A stretch of DNA of 58,290 nt from Marinilabiliales bacterium (GTDB lineage: Bacteria > Bacteroidota > Bacteroidia > Bacteroidales > BM520). The notes beneath the pieces were generated by a model. That model made no database searches. It worked only from the letters and a program-made list of their open reading frames with translations, and was not told the origin of the DNA. Positions 9,278 to 19,233 of this stretch are shown here, one piece after another. A program made the translations under genes and the position numbers. How positions within the stretch are numbered: position 1 is the first letter of the stretch; each line of letters starts with the position of its first letter. The stretch lies in assembly GCA_002869405.1 (NCBI GenBank), contig PKSY01000157.1, positions 1 to 58,290 of the forward strand, given 5' to 3'.

Positions 9278-10315
9278 CTACCACTCATTGAGGTTAGTAC
9301 TGATAGTTATGTAATTTGGAGAACCTGCAACGTGGAAAGCAGAGCGGGCATATGAGAACCTGAATCGCGAGATTTGCAATCCAATTCCCCACGACCAACC
9401 TATCATTCCCTTGGCATCATATATTTTCATCTCCTGACGACGCTGGTAATTATAACTCACACGAAGCGATAGAAATTTTGCAGGTGTCAACTCTCCACCA
9501 ACAACCACATGACGCAAAAGCTCATCGCCAACTTTGGCCATGGTAGTTTTTTCGTTTACATCACCGGTAATAGGATCAACACGGTTTGTTGGGTCATACG
9601 GATCAAAATACCGCATCTGCCAGTTTTCCAGATGAGTAAGAATAATTGAATATCTGAAAGGGAGGTGCTCAAGTTTCTTGCTCACAGCAGCCTGAATTTC
9701 AAAAGGTACAGGGCTTCGTTCACCTTCATAGTTCTTTGCAACTTCCAACCCTGCATTTTTAAATATCAAAGATGCAGAAAGGTCTTTCTCCTTATCATAA
9801 TAGGTTCCGGCAACATCAACTGCCACACCATAGGATGAGTAACTCTCCAGACCGCTGTATATCAGCTTCAGGTTAGCTCCCACGTTAAACAAAGGTGTAA
9901 GGCTTCTACCCCAACCAAAAGTTGCAGCAAGTTCACTTCCTGTAAATTCACCTTCGCGGTCACCGCCAACATTGGCATATTCAAACCTTCCGTAATCAAT
10001 GTATTGCATTGTTGCAGCCCAGGTTCCAATATTTTCAAAATCACGGGAATAACTTGCAAAACCGTAGTTTATATCCGAAAAATAATCCACAAAACTAAAT
10101 GCCAGCTGCCCTGAATACTCAGGAGTTAACATCGAAGGATTTGAAACAGCAAGACCAAGGTCATAATCCTGAATACCAGTAAAATTACTGCCAAGACTTG
10201 CTACTCTGGCAGAGTTGCTGAGATTCAAAAAACTATAGGTGCTATTTCCTCCAACCTGTGCTCCTGCAATAATAACACTCAGAAGCAATCCTGTCAAAAT
10301 TATCGATCTTCTCAC
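9278..10315 (-). CDS. porQ: Type IX secretion system outer-membrane beta-barrel protein, PorQ-like
   Basis: 345 aa with signal peptide. N-terminal GGNSTYSFLNLSNSARVASLG matches my recollection of PorQ N-termini. Beta-rich with an aromatic C-terminus. It lacks the QYMFN motif of PorP/SprF. Confidence 0.6.
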   Translation of the reverse strand: MRRSIILTGLLLSVIIAGAQVGGNSTYSFLNLSNSARVASLGSNFTGIQDYDLGLAVSNPSMLTPEYSGQLAFSFVDYFSDINYGFASYSRDFENIGTWAATMQYIDYGRFEYANVGGDREGEFTGSELAATFGWGRSLTPLFNVGANLKLIYSGLESYSSYGVAVDVAGTYYDKEKDLSASLIFKNAGLEVAKNYEGERSPVPFEIQAAVSKKLEHLPFRYSIILTHLENWQMRYFDPYDPTNRVDPITGDVNEKTTMAKVGDELLRHVVVGGELTPAKFLSLRVSYNYQRRQEMKIYDAKGMIGWSWGIGLQISRFRFSYARSAFHVAGSPNYITISTNLNEW

Positions 10316-10437
10316 TATATCCTGAATTTTAAAAGGTAAAAATACAGCAATTTCCGTATCTATGAAATCAAACGGAAGAAACAGCGAAATATTTTATATT
10401 TCTATAGTAATAAAAATATAGTGTTTGTCAGATTGGC

Positions 10438-10445
10438 TATATTTG
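10438..10445 (+). promoter_or_regulatory. Bacteroidota -7 promoter box
   Basis: TATATTTG lies 16 nt upstream of ATG 10462. Confidence 0.5.
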
Positions 10446-10461
10446 CCAAAATTATTATCAG

Positions 10462-12882
10462 ATGAACAAGCCACATATATATTTAACCGCTCTGTTTTTA
10501 TTTGCCTTACAGGGTTTATTGGCTCAAACAGTAAAGATTATTGATTCATCTACAGGATCACCCATAAAAGATGTTGCAGTCTTTTCTGCGGAATCTTCAA
10601 AGTCTGCTCTTTCAAACCCCGAAGGGACATTTGACCTTTCAGACCTTGAAGGCGACAAGATCGTCTTTCAGCATACTTCATACTTTCAGAAAACAGTCTC
10701 CAGAAAAGAGATTATTGAAAAAAACAATGTCGTCATTCTTGACCCGAGGGTCATACATCTGAACCAGTTTGTTATTGCCGCCAACAAGTGGGAACAACCC
10801 CGTGAGGATGTTCCTTCGAAAATAACATCCATTGATAAAGCCCAGATCAGAACTTATAACCCACAAACAGCTGCCGATCTCCTGGCATCCACCAATGAGG
10901 TTTATGTTCAAAAAAGCCAGCTTGCAGGAGGAAGTCCTATGATAAGAGGCTTTAGCACTAACAGCGTGCTTCTGGTTTTTGACGGGATCAGGCTTAACAA
11001 TGCCATTTACAGAACCGGAAATCTGCAGAATGCCATTAACATCGACCCTCTGATTCTTGAGAGTACGGAAGTAATATTTGGCCCGGGATCAGTAATTTAC
11101 GGCTCTGATGCGCTGGGAGGTGTGATGGATTTTCATTCTGTGACGCCGCAGTATTCCACGGATGAAAAACTCAATATCTCCGGAAATGCATTGATGAGAT
11201 ACAATTCATCAAACAATGAAAAAACGGCCCATGCTGACATCGCTTTTGCAAAGAAAAACTTTACCAGCTTCACCAGCATCTCTTTCTCCGACTTTAATCA
11301 TCTCCAAATGGGGCTGAACGGAAATGATAATGAACAATACCTCAGATCATGGTATGTGGAGAGAATTGACGGCGTTGACAGCATAATAACCAATGAAGAC
11401 CCGAATACGCAGATTGCCACAGCATACAAACAATATCACCTCACTCAAAAGTTCTCCTGGAAAGCATCCGAACATACTGAACTGTCATATATGTTCTATT
11501 ATTCCGGAACATCGGATTTACCCAGGTATGACCAGTTAAGAGTACTCTCCGGCGGAGAGCCCAAGTATGCAGAATGGTACTACGGCCCCCAAAATCTGAT
11601 GATTAATGCTGTAAAAGCAGAATTTTCCAAACCCACAAAATTCTTCAATAACGCCAAAATAAATATCTCAACACAAAATTATCTCGAAAGCAGGCATTAC
11701 AGAAAATTCCGCGATGAGGAACTACTGTCTCAGAATGAAAAGGTTAACATCCTTACCACAAATATTGATTTTGAAAAAACAATTAAAGCAGGCACGGGAA
11801 TAGTTTATGGTGCAGAGTTTCTCTTTAACGGGCTCACAAGCAAAGCTGAAGAAAAAAACATAGTTTCAAATGAAATGACTGAAGGCTTTGTTATTCCACG
11901 ATACCCTGATGGGAAGAACCATTGGTATTCATCCGCCGTTTATGGTGGGTTGAGGCACTCCATCGGAAAGTTCATTTTAAATACCGGAATCAGGTACAGT
12001 TATGTTGCGTTACATTCAACATTTTTAAATGAATTTTACCCTGCAACATTTGGCTATGATGAATTAAAAAACAGCAATGGAGCGCTTAATGGTAGCCTTG
12101 GATTAACTTTCAAACCGTCCGAAAACACTATTTTATACGGAAATCTGTCCAGTGGTTTTCATGCACCAAACTGGGATGGCCTGGCGAAGGTCTTTTCGCC
12201 AAAAAAAGGAGTTGTTATTGTTCCCAACAGTGAGCTTAAGCCGGAGTACGCATATAATGGAGAAATAGGTATCACCAAACATCTTTTTGATAAAAGGGCT
12301 ACTATTGAAGCAAGTCTCTATTACACATATCTGGATAATGCCGTAGTACAACGCGAATATGAACTTAACGGAGTTTCTTTACTGGTTATTGACGGAGACA
12401 CTAACCGCACAGAAGCATTTGTGAATGCCAGTTATGCCAACCTATACGGGTTTAATCTTGCAATACAGGCAGACCTGACAAAGCATTTTGGTATCAGAAG
12501 TCATCTCTCTTATACATACGGCCGGGATGCTGAGGATATGCCTCTAAGGCATGTTGCTCCACTTTTTGGAGCTACTCACCTGGTTTATAGATACAAAAAG
12601 TTAAGCACACAGTTTTATGCACTTTACAATGGAGCTGTAACTGCAGAAAACCTGTCACCAAGCGAAAAGGATAAAGATAATATGTATGCATACGATGAGG
12701 ATGGAAACCTGTGGTCGCCATCATGGTATACACTGAACTTCTCCCTTGCATGGGAGATTTCAGACATGTTCTCGGTAAATGGTATTGTTGAGAACATCCT
12801 GGATGCACGCTACCGTCCTTATGCAAGTGGCATATGTGCTCCCGGCCGGTCAATATCTCTGGGTATCAATTTAGCCTTCTAA
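10462..12882 (+). CDS. TonB-dependent receptor with N-terminal carboxypeptidase-regulatory-like domain
   Basis: 806 aa with signal peptide. Plug region FSTNSVLLVFDGIRLNNAIYRTGNLQN. Long beta-barrel ending ...SLGINLAF. Confidence 0.9.
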   Translation: MNKPHIYLTALFLFALQGLLAQTVKIIDSSTGSPIKDVAVFSAESSKSALSNPEGTFDLSDLEGDKIVFQHTSYFQKTVSRKEIIEKNNVVILDPRVIHLNQFVIAANKWEQPREDVPSKITSIDKAQIRTYNPQTAADLLASTNEVYVQKSQLAGGSPMIRGFSTNSVLLVFDGIRLNNAIYRTGNLQNAINIDPLILESTEVIFGPGSVIYGSDALGGVMDFHSVTPQYSTDEKLNISGNALMRYNSSNNEKTAHADIAFAKKNFTSFTSISFSDFNHLQMGLNGNDNEQYLRSWYVERIDGVDSIITNEDPNTQIATAYKQYHLTQKFSWKASEHTELSYMFYYSGTSDLPRYDQLRVLSGGEPKYAEWYYGPQNLMINAVKAEFSKPTKFFNNAKINISTQNYLESRHYRKFRDEELLSQNEKVNILTTNIDFEKTIKAGTGIVYGAEFLFNGLTSKAEEKNIVSNEMTEGFVIPRYPDGKNHWYSSAVYGGLRHSIGKFILNTGIRYSYVALHSTFLNEFYPATFGYDELKNSNGALNGSLGLTFKPSENTILYGNLSSGFHAPNWDGLAKVFSPKKGVVIVPNSELKPEYAYNGEIGITKHLFDKRATIEASLYYTYLDNAVVQREYELNGVSLLVIDGDTNRTEAFVNASYANLYGFNLAIQADLTKHFGIRSHLSYTYGRDAEDMPLRHVAPLFGATHLVYRYKKLSTQFYALYNGAVTAENLSPSEKDKDNMYAYDEDGNLWSPSWYTLNFSLAWEISDMFSVNGIVENILDARYRPYASGICAPGRSISLGINLAF

Positions 12883-13412
12883 GCCTTTTTTTCACCACGG
12901 AAGGCGTCATCTTTATCATCAAACAAGACATTGAAAGTGGTTAAACTACCATATATTCTGGTTATGTATTGCTGAAGATTCACCTTCTCATCTTCTGAAA
13001 GCTTACTGGAATTAATACGTTGTTCCATTACTCTCAGACGATCACGAACCATCACAATTTTATGAAAGAAGGTCTCAATAGGAAACTCTTTCTGCTGCAA
13101 TCCCTCGTCCCCCGGTTTTAAAATAATCGTGCCATCAATCCATTTTTTTCCAATTGAAGTCACCGGGTGAAAATCTGAATGGTCCAGTACGATCTGACGT
13201 ATTGCTTTCTCGATATCAGAATAACTAACAAGGTCTGATGCCATGCTCACAAACTCAACTACCTCAAGATCAGGGTCAGTTTTCATTATCTCCTTCAAGC
13301 CATATTCAATAAAGGTAATATCATATGAATCATTCCAAACCTGAACCACCACACCAAGTTTATACTCCCCGTGTTTTACACGGCTGCCAATTCCTAAAGT
13401 TAAATCAGTCAT
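12879..13412 (-). CDS. Hypothetical protein
   Basis: Track ORF trimmed from the TTG start to ATG 13412 (MTDLTLGIGSRVKHGEYKLG...). I recognise no family. Its stop overlaps the TonB-receptor stop (convergent). Confidence 0.55.
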   Translation of the reverse strand: MTDLTLGIGSRVKHGEYKLGVVVQVWNDSYDITFIEYGLKEIMKTDPDLEVVEFVSMASDLVSYSDIEKAIRQIVLDHSDFHPVTSIGKKWIDGTIILKPGDEGLQQKEFPIETFFHKIVMVRDRLRVMEQRINSSKLSEDEKVNLQQYITRIYGSLTTFNVLFDDKDDAFRGEKKA

Positions 13413-13465
13413 AGTCTTTCTTTTTAAATCATCATACGAAAATAATGAATATCGCAAAAACAGTG

Positions 13466-13473
13466 TAGATTTG
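13466..13473 (+). promoter_or_regulatory. Bacteroidota -7 promoter box
   Basis: TAGATTTG lies 10 nt upstream of ATG 13484. Confidence 0.45.
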
Positions 13474-13483
13474 TGGTTACTAA

Positions 13484-14320
13484 ATGCACGTAATAATGTC
13501 AGAAACAGATTTTGTGTATTGTAAAGACCGGTATATCAATACGCATTCATGCAATTTCAATAACCATAACAGAACAGGTGTACTCTATGAAGTAATCAGG
13601 ATTCTCGACGGAGTACCACTTTTTCTGGAAGACCATCTGGAACGCATGTTCAAAAGTGCTGAGATTGCCGGCACAAAAGAGAAGCTTCCTGATTATGAAA
13701 CCCTTGAAACCATTATACGCGGACTGATTTCTCAAAATAACAAAAACACCGGCAACATACAGCTTAACATTGATCCACTATCTGAAGATGGAACAGATAT
13801 ATTCTGCGGCTTTATTCCACACCACTACCCTACTGAAGAAGATTACCGAAATGGAATCCTGACAGATTTCCTTTTTGCAGAGCGCAAGAACCCTGAGGCA
13901 AAGATTATCCAAAAGAGCCTTCGGATGAGGGCTAATGAAGTTATTAAAGAGAAAGAATTGTTTGAGGTTTTGCTTGTGGATCGTCATCATTTGGTAACAG
14001 AGGGTTCACGCTCCAATGTGTTTATTATTTCCGGAGATACAATTTTCACTGCACCCCTGAATATGGTTCTGGGAGGTGTCACTCGGCGAAAAGCTATTGA
14101 TATCATTAATGGTTCGGGACTAAAACTCATTGAAAAAGCATGGAAATATACTGAGCTGTTGGAAAAAGCAGATGCATTGTTTCTCACGGGCACATCACCA
14201 AAAATCATCCCGGTTGCAAAATGCGACGGTGCCAGGTATGATGTTGAAAACTCTGTTGTTCGTGAAATTATGATAGGTTATGATAAGATGATCAGGAAAT
14301 ACACTGATGCTCACAGATAG
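13484..14320 (+). CDS. Aminotransferase class IV (PabC/IlvE-like fold type IV PLP enzyme)
   Basis: 278 aa. Family-like blocks: LFLEDHLERM, EGSRSNVF, GVTRRK, LFLTGTSPKIIPV. Confidence 0.7.
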   Translation: MHVIMSETDFVYCKDRYINTHSCNFNNHNRTGVLYEVIRILDGVPLFLEDHLERMFKSAEIAGTKEKLPDYETLETIIRGLISQNNKNTGNIQLNIDPLSEDGTDIFCGFIPHHYPTEEDYRNGILTDFLFAERKNPEAKIIQKSLRMRANEVIKEKELFEVLLVDRHHLVTEGSRSNVFIISGDTIFTAPLNMVLGGVTRRKAIDIINGSGLKLIEKAWKYTELLEKADALFLTGTSPKIIPVAKCDGARYDVENSVVREIMIGYDKMIRKYTDAHR

Positions 14321-14323
14321 ATT

Positions 14324-14917
14324 TCAGGATTTTTCCATAAAAAGATTATGCAAATGCAGTATCTCTGAAAGAATCATCTTACGGTCCTTATTATGAATGC
14401 AGTAATCTGAAAGTTCAATTATTCTTTGATCCGGCCACTGGCTGTCCATACGTTTCTGAATATCGGCTGTAGTCATCCCGTCACGCCTCATCACTCTTTT
14501 CATTCTTTGCTTTTGTGATGCATGGACACAAACTGCGGCATCGACCATTTCAGAAAGTCCGCTTTCAAAAAGAATAGCTGCTTCCATCACTACATAGCGG
14601 AAATTTCTTTTTTCATTTTTTTGCATCCAATTATCAAAACGGATTTTTAGGGCGGGGTGAATAATCTCGTTGAGGTGCTGAAGCCTGCAAGCATCTGAAA
14701 ATACAATCTGAGCGATAAACGGTGCATTCAGATTTCCTTTGGCCGTATAGGCTTCAGGCCCAAAAGCTTTGATTACCTGTTGCTTTACATCCGGGATATA
14801 ATAACATTGCCGGGCTTCATAATCAGCAAAAAAAACAGGCACACCAAGTGTTTTAAAAACCCTGGCAACCGTGCTTTTACCGCTACCGATATTTCCGGTC
14901 AGACCTACCTTGTACAC
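14324..14917 (-). CDS. coaE: Dephospho-CoA kinase
   Basis: 197 aa. P-loop GLTGNIGSGKST and typical CoaE length and layout. Confidence 0.9.
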   Translation of the reverse strand: MYKVGLTGNIGSGKSTVARVFKTLGVPVFFADYEARQCYYIPDVKQQVIKAFGPEAYTAKGNLNAPFIAQIVFSDACRLQHLNEIIHPALKIRFDNWMQKNEKRNFRYVVMEAAILFESGLSEMVDAAVCVHASQKQRMKRVMRRDGMTTADIQKRMDSQWPDQRIIELSDYCIHNKDRKMILSEILHLHNLFMEKS

Positions 14918-15909
14918 TACTTTATAAAGATATATTCAACATTTTCCGGTTCGATGCTTCTGATGATGCACTTCTTCGGAGAGTAAACAACACTGAGAGG
15001 AAGTTTCTCTTCCCGGGCATCAATGAATGAAGCCTCAACGCGAAAATCACTCTGTTCAACATTGTTATAATCCTTTAAAGCAACAAGATACGTAATTTTA
15101 ACAACATTAGGAAATAGCTTTAACTGCTTTCCGTCAACAGCATTAACTCCGTGAACCGGCACTGTAACCACAGCTTCAGTATATTGTTCCAAAGGAATGG
15201 TAACCCTGACACTGTCGTAGTTCATAGAAACGGGATACTGCGTTTCGGGGGAAATCAATTTCAGGGAGAGGACCTGTTTTCCACGAATTTTTTCACGATG
15301 CCATGGTACTGTAAAAACAGTATCAATAGATGACAGGTCGGAAACAGTGCCATGAAGAATTACTCCGGAAGGGGAATACGACACTTGATCATAGAGGTAA
15401 AACTGGTTATCGGGTGTAAATTCAATATCCGGAATAACGGGAACAGTTTTAGAGATATTTTGCTCAAAGGTAAGATACAATGTGTCAGGCGATAAAGAGA
15501 CCATATTATTGTAAATCTCCATTTGATGGGCTATCATCTCTTCAATTCCGGCAGTGGGGATACGTGCAAAGTAGAGATTACCATTTTTCTGAAGTCTGAT
15601 ATTCTTCAGGCTTACGGGAATTTGGGCTTTATTGGTATTGCGTCGCAGTCCTAGAAGATGCCAGCCCCGTGAATCGACGCGAATACTAAAAACAGAGTCT
15701 GAGAGTCCGGTAAGCGTAACATCATCGGGAACATCCTCAATCTTAACAGGATATTCAATTGATGAACTTACATTTTCAGACATTTTGGTCAGTATCCATA
15801 GCACAAATGATATGGCCACACATACTAAAAACACTGACAGCTGCTTACGTCGCAGAGGATTGAACCACACTTTAAAGCGTTGGTATCCGATACGAAAAGC
15901 AGCTGTCAT
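14917..15909 (-). CDS. YbbR-like (CdaR family) domain protein
   Basis: 330 aa, one N-terminal TM helix then repeated beta-rich YbbR-type modules. Conserved position upstream of coaE in Bacteroidota. Confidence 0.6.
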   Translation of the reverse strand: MTAAFRIGYQRFKVWFNPLRRKQLSVFLVCVAISFVLWILTKMSENVSSSIEYPVKIEDVPDDVTLTGLSDSVFSIRVDSRGWHLLGLRRNTNKAQIPVSLKNIRLQKNGNLYFARIPTAGIEEMIAHQMEIYNNMVSLSPDTLYLTFEQNISKTVPVIPDIEFTPDNQFYLYDQVSYSPSGVILHGTVSDLSSIDTVFTVPWHREKIRGKQVLSLKLISPETQYPVSMNYDSVRVTIPLEQYTEAVVTVPVHGVNAVDGKQLKLFPNVVKITYLVALKDYNNVEQSDFRVEASFIDAREEKLPLSVVYSPKKCIIRSIEPENVEYIFIK

Positions 15910-15915
15910 AAAATG

Positions 15916-16257
15916 TTATTTTTTATCGTTTGAAGCAGAGCTGTTCTCCATTGAAAGTGCACTTTTCTCGACTTTTAATTTGTTACCGTTACCGGTATCA
16001 ATAGTCACAGCAGTTTCATGAACCTCAACAATTTTACCGTGGATTCCACCAATAGTGATTACCTTATCACCTTTTGAGATTCCCTGCTGGAAGTTTTTCT
16101 GATCTTTACTTTTCTTCACCTGCGGACGGATAAAGAAGAGGTAAAAAATCACAATTAATACGAGGAGAAAAATGAGGGAGCTATAGCCTCCGCCCTGCTG
16201 TTCACCACCGGGAGCACCCTGCTGTGGCGTCATTAATAAGATGTAGAGTAAATTCAT
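15916..16257 (-). CDS. yajC: Preprotein translocase subunit YajC
   Basis: 113 aa. TM helix plus FFIRPQVKKSKDQKNF ... GDKVITIGGIHGKIVEV, the YajC signature region. Confidence 0.9.
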   Translation of the reverse strand: MNLLYILLMTPQQGAPGGEQQGGGYSSLIFLLVLIVIFYLFFIRPQVKKSKDQKNFQQGISKGDKVITIGGIHGKIVEVHETAVTIDTGNGNKLKVEKSALSMENSSASNDKK

Positions 16258-16268
16258 AGTTCGTTTGT

Positions 16269-16727
16269 TTAATCAACAGCTACATTAGCCTTCACCCAAA
16301 GATAGGTATTTGAGGGCTGAGTATTAGCCATTACAGTTACTTTTTTATTTTGAAGTCCTTTTTTTGCTGTACTGTTAAATGTAACGTGAAGTACACCTTC
16401 TGCTCCGGGAGCGATCGGGTCGCGGGGATAATCAATCACCGTACAGCCACAGGTAGCATTCACCTTTACTATAAGCAGGTCTTTATTGCCTTCATTTTTA
16501 AATTTAAAGCCATATGTTACCTTTTCCCCTTGCACAACACGACCAAAATCGTGAGTATCCTTCTCAAATACAATCCGGGGTTCCTTTTTCTCGATATTGT
16601 CGGGGTCGGCAGATTTGTTTATTGTCACAATATCCGCCGGCAAAGAATCCTTTTTATTATTCCCGCATCCAACGCCAAAAATCAATACCGCAAGTAATAA
16701 TAATATCAGATAATGTTTCATAATCAT
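16269..16727 (-). CDS. DUF1573 domain protein
   Basis: 152 aa, lipoprotein-type signal (GVGC). Block HDFGRVVQGEKVTYGFKFKNEGNKDLLIVKVNATCGCTV is typical of DUF1573. Confidence 0.8.
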   Translation of the reverse strand: MIMKHYLILLLLAVLIFGVGCGNNKKDSLPADIVTINKSADPDNIEKKEPRIVFEKDTHDFGRVVQGEKVTYGFKFKNEGNKDLLIVKVNATCGCTVIDYPRDPIAPGAEGVLHVTFNSTAKKGLQNKKVTVMANTQPSNTYLWVKANVAVD

Positions 16728-17692
16728 TAGTTTTCCATCAGGCCACGACCTGTTTTTACAATTTTCTTATCAGCACGAAGCTGTTCAATCATTTTATCCA
16801 GTACTCCGTTGATAAATATTCTGCTTCTGGGAGTACTAAAAATTTTAGATAATTCGATGTATTCATTTAAGGTAACCTTCACCGGGATTGAAGGGAAAAG
16901 CATGAGTTCAGTCACGGCCATTCTCAACAACAGCTTATCCATCGTCGCAATACGATCAAATTCCCAGTTGGTAGCTCGTTCCGCAATAAGCGCGATATGC
17001 TTATCCTTGTTAATCACACATTTTCTAAACAGATCCTTTACAAAAACTTTATCCTCACTCACACCATCAACATTATCAATACGGAACACCTGAGGAAAGT
17101 ATGCATTCTCACCCTGATCAGCCTTTATTCCTTTGATATAGCGTAGTATCATATTATTTACAATGTCATAATCCGAGGCCCAGTGAATATTTTGCTCTTC
17201 ATAGAAACTCTCAATGTCCTCGTTTTCGACATAGAATTGATAGTACATCTTTTCCAGAAAGGATTTATCGGTACCAAAATTATCTTTTTCAGCATATAAG
17301 TACTCCTTATAGATGTCGGAAACCTTCAGGTTATTGTAAAGTTTGCGAATCATATCCTGGTATTCAGTCCAGGAAATTTTATACGCCTTAATGCGGCTTT
17401 GCAGCGTGATATTCTGCCTTATTTTTTGAAAAATACGGTTATCAATAAATCTGGTACTGGGATTTTTTTCCTCTTCAGTAGGTAAGAACTTATTCTTAGC
17501 ATCTTCCATTCTGAGCGAGGCAAAGTCAGCAACTTCCAGCAGCAGAGATAACTGACAGACGAAGAGTCGTTCAATATCATTGAGGCTTTTAAACAGCTCT
17601 TTCTCACCCACTTCCAATTGCTCATTCTCCGAAAGCTCGTATGCATATATTGCCTGTACGACTTTAACCCTCAACTGCCTTCTGTTTAACAT
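16727..17692 (-). CDS. nusB: Transcription antitermination factor NusB (long Bacteroidota form)
   Basis: 321 aa. N-terminal RRQLRVKVVQAIYA. C-terminal NusB core EFDRIATMDKLLLRMAVTEL ... INEYIELSK. Confidence 0.85.
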   Translation of the reverse strand: MLNRRQLRVKVVQAIYAYELSENEQLEVGEKELFKSLNDIERLFVCQLSLLLEVADFASLRMEDAKNKFLPTEEEKNPSTRFIDNRIFQKIRQNITLQSRIKAYKISWTEYQDMIRKLYNNLKVSDIYKEYLYAEKDNFGTDKSFLEKMYYQFYVENEDIESFYEEQNIHWASDYDIVNNMILRYIKGIKADQGENAYFPQVFRIDNVDGVSEDKVFVKDLFRKCVINKDKHIALIAERATNWEFDRIATMDKLLLRMAVTELMLFPSIPVKVTLNEYIELSKIFSTPRSRIFINGVLDKMIEQLRADKKIVKTGRGLMEN

Positions 17693-17851
17693 AACGATGT
17701 TTTATTTATAAGATCATAAAAGGGCTACAAAATTAGGAAAATAATTAGGAACAGCCAGATAAAGTTATCAGTATTAAATAAACAGGCATTCAGGATATCA
17801 TTATTTTCATAACCGCAGTTATAACACTTGATTATTTCAATATTTATTCCG

Positions 17852-17859
17852 TATTTTTG
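17852..17859 (+). promoter_or_regulatory. Bacteroidota -7 promoter box
   Basis: TATTTTTG lies 38 nt upstream of ATG 17898. Confidence 0.45.
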
Positions 17860-17897
17860 CCTAAACGTGATCAAAAGAATCAAAACCACGATTGCAT

Positions 17898-18293
17898 ATG
17901 GCAGAGTTTGACAATGATAAGAGCGGGAGAAAGAATGAGATTTATTCCATCCCAATCAGGGCAGGCAAGAGAACGTATTTCTTTGATATTAAAGCAACAC
18001 GATCCAATGAGTACTATCTGACCATCACGGAAAGCAAAAGACGCTTCAACAATGAAAATGGTAAATTCTTTTATGAGAAGCATAAGCTTTTTCTCTATAA
18101 GGAGGATTTCGAGAAATTCGCAAATGGCTTAAATGACGCAGTTCACTTTATCAAAACCGGTGAAAAGCCTGTAATTACAGAAGTAAGAGAAGATATGAAC
18201 GCCGGAGAAGAGACACTGGACTCCAAAGTCTTTACCGATGAGAACATCTCACTGGATGTTTCCTTTGAAGATCTTGAAACCAGCGAAGACTAG
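17898..18293 (+). CDS. PUR-alpha-like ssDNA/RNA-binding protein (DUF3276)
   Basis: Start moved to ATG 17898 (MAEFDNDK...). Block IYSIPIRAGKRTYFFDIKATRSNEYYLTITESKRR matches the bacterial Pur-repeat family. Acidic tail. Confidence 0.75.
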   Translation: MAEFDNDKSGRKNEIYSIPIRAGKRTYFFDIKATRSNEYYLTITESKRRFNNENGKFFYEKHKLFLYKEDFEKFANGLNDAVHFIKTGEKPVITEVREDMNAGEETLDSKVFTDENISLDVSFEDLETSED

Positions 18294-18309
18294 ACAAAAA
18301 CATCCTGTT

Positions 18310-18330
18310 GCTGCAATTGCAGCTTTTTTT
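18310..18330 (+). terminator. Intrinsic terminator after the PUR-like gene
   Basis: Hairpin gctgcaattgcagc followed by TTTTTTT. Confidence 0.7.
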
Positions 18331-18371
18331 CGCATTTAATAACTATTATTTTCAATCCCGCTTTTTTAATG

Positions 18372-18379
18372 TAATTTTG
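18372..18379 (+). promoter_or_regulatory. Bacteroidota -7 promoter box
   Basis: TAATTTTG lies 44 nt upstream of the parA ATG. Confidence 0.45.
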
Positions 18380-18423
18380 TAAGCAGGCAACGTTATAATT
18401 AAACAGGTAAATAGTCTTAATTC

Positions 18424-19233
18424 ATGGGTAAAATAATCACCATTGCCAATCAAAAAGGTGGAGTTGGAAAAACCACAACCGCCATTAATCTGGGCTCAAG
18501 TCTGGCAGTTCTGGAATATAAAACCCTTTTGGTAGATGCCGACCCGCAGGCAAATGCAACTTCTGGAATTGGTTTTGACCCAAAAAATATTAAAACAAGT
18601 ATCTATGAGTGTATCATCGATAATGTAGATCCAAAGCATATTATCCTGAATACAGATACTCCAAACCTGGACCTTTTACCCGCTCATATTGACCTGGTGG
18701 GAGCAGAAATCGAAATGATCAATCTCCCTAACCGCGAAAACATGATGCGCAATGTGCTCAATCATGTAAAAAATGATTATGACTTCATTATTATTGATTG
18801 CAGCCCGTCCTTAGGTCTGGTTACCGTCAACAGCCTTGTTGCCGGAGATTCAGTGATCATCCCGGTGCAATGCGAATATTTTGCACTGGAGGGGCTTGGA
18901 AAACTCCTTAATACAATCAAAATAGTTCAGTCGAGGCTGAATCCAAACCTCGATATCGAAGGCATTCTCCTCACTATGTACGACAGCAGGCTACGTCTGT
19001 CAAAGCAAGTCCTTGAAGAGGTAAAAACCCACTTCCAATCGATGGTTTTTGATACTGTAATAAACAGAAATACCCGATTGGGAGAAGCACCCAGCTTTGG
19101 AGAATCCATTATTATGCATGATGCTACCAGCACCGGTGCCGTTAATTATCTGAACCTGGCAAGAGAGATTTTACAAAAAAACAACCTTACCAGGGTTAAC
19201 AAGCAAGACAACATCTCTATTCATGACAACTAA
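18424..19233 (+). CDS. parA: Chromosome partitioning ATPase ParA/Soj
   Basis: 269 aa. Deviant Walker A NQKGGVGKTTT and the full ParA layout. Overlaps parB. Confidence 0.95.
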   Translation: MGKIITIANQKGGVGKTTTAINLGSSLAVLEYKTLLVDADPQANATSGIGFDPKNIKTSIYECIIDNVDPKHIILNTDTPNLDLLPAHIDLVGAEIEMINLPNRENMMRNVLNHVKNDYDFIIIDCSPSLGLVTVNSLVAGDSVIIPVQCEYFALEGLGKLLNTIKIVQSRLNPNLDIEGILLTMYDSRLRLSKQVLEEVKTHFQSMVFDTVINRNTRLGEAPSFGESIIMHDATSTGAVNYLNLAREILQKNNLTRVNKQDNISIHDN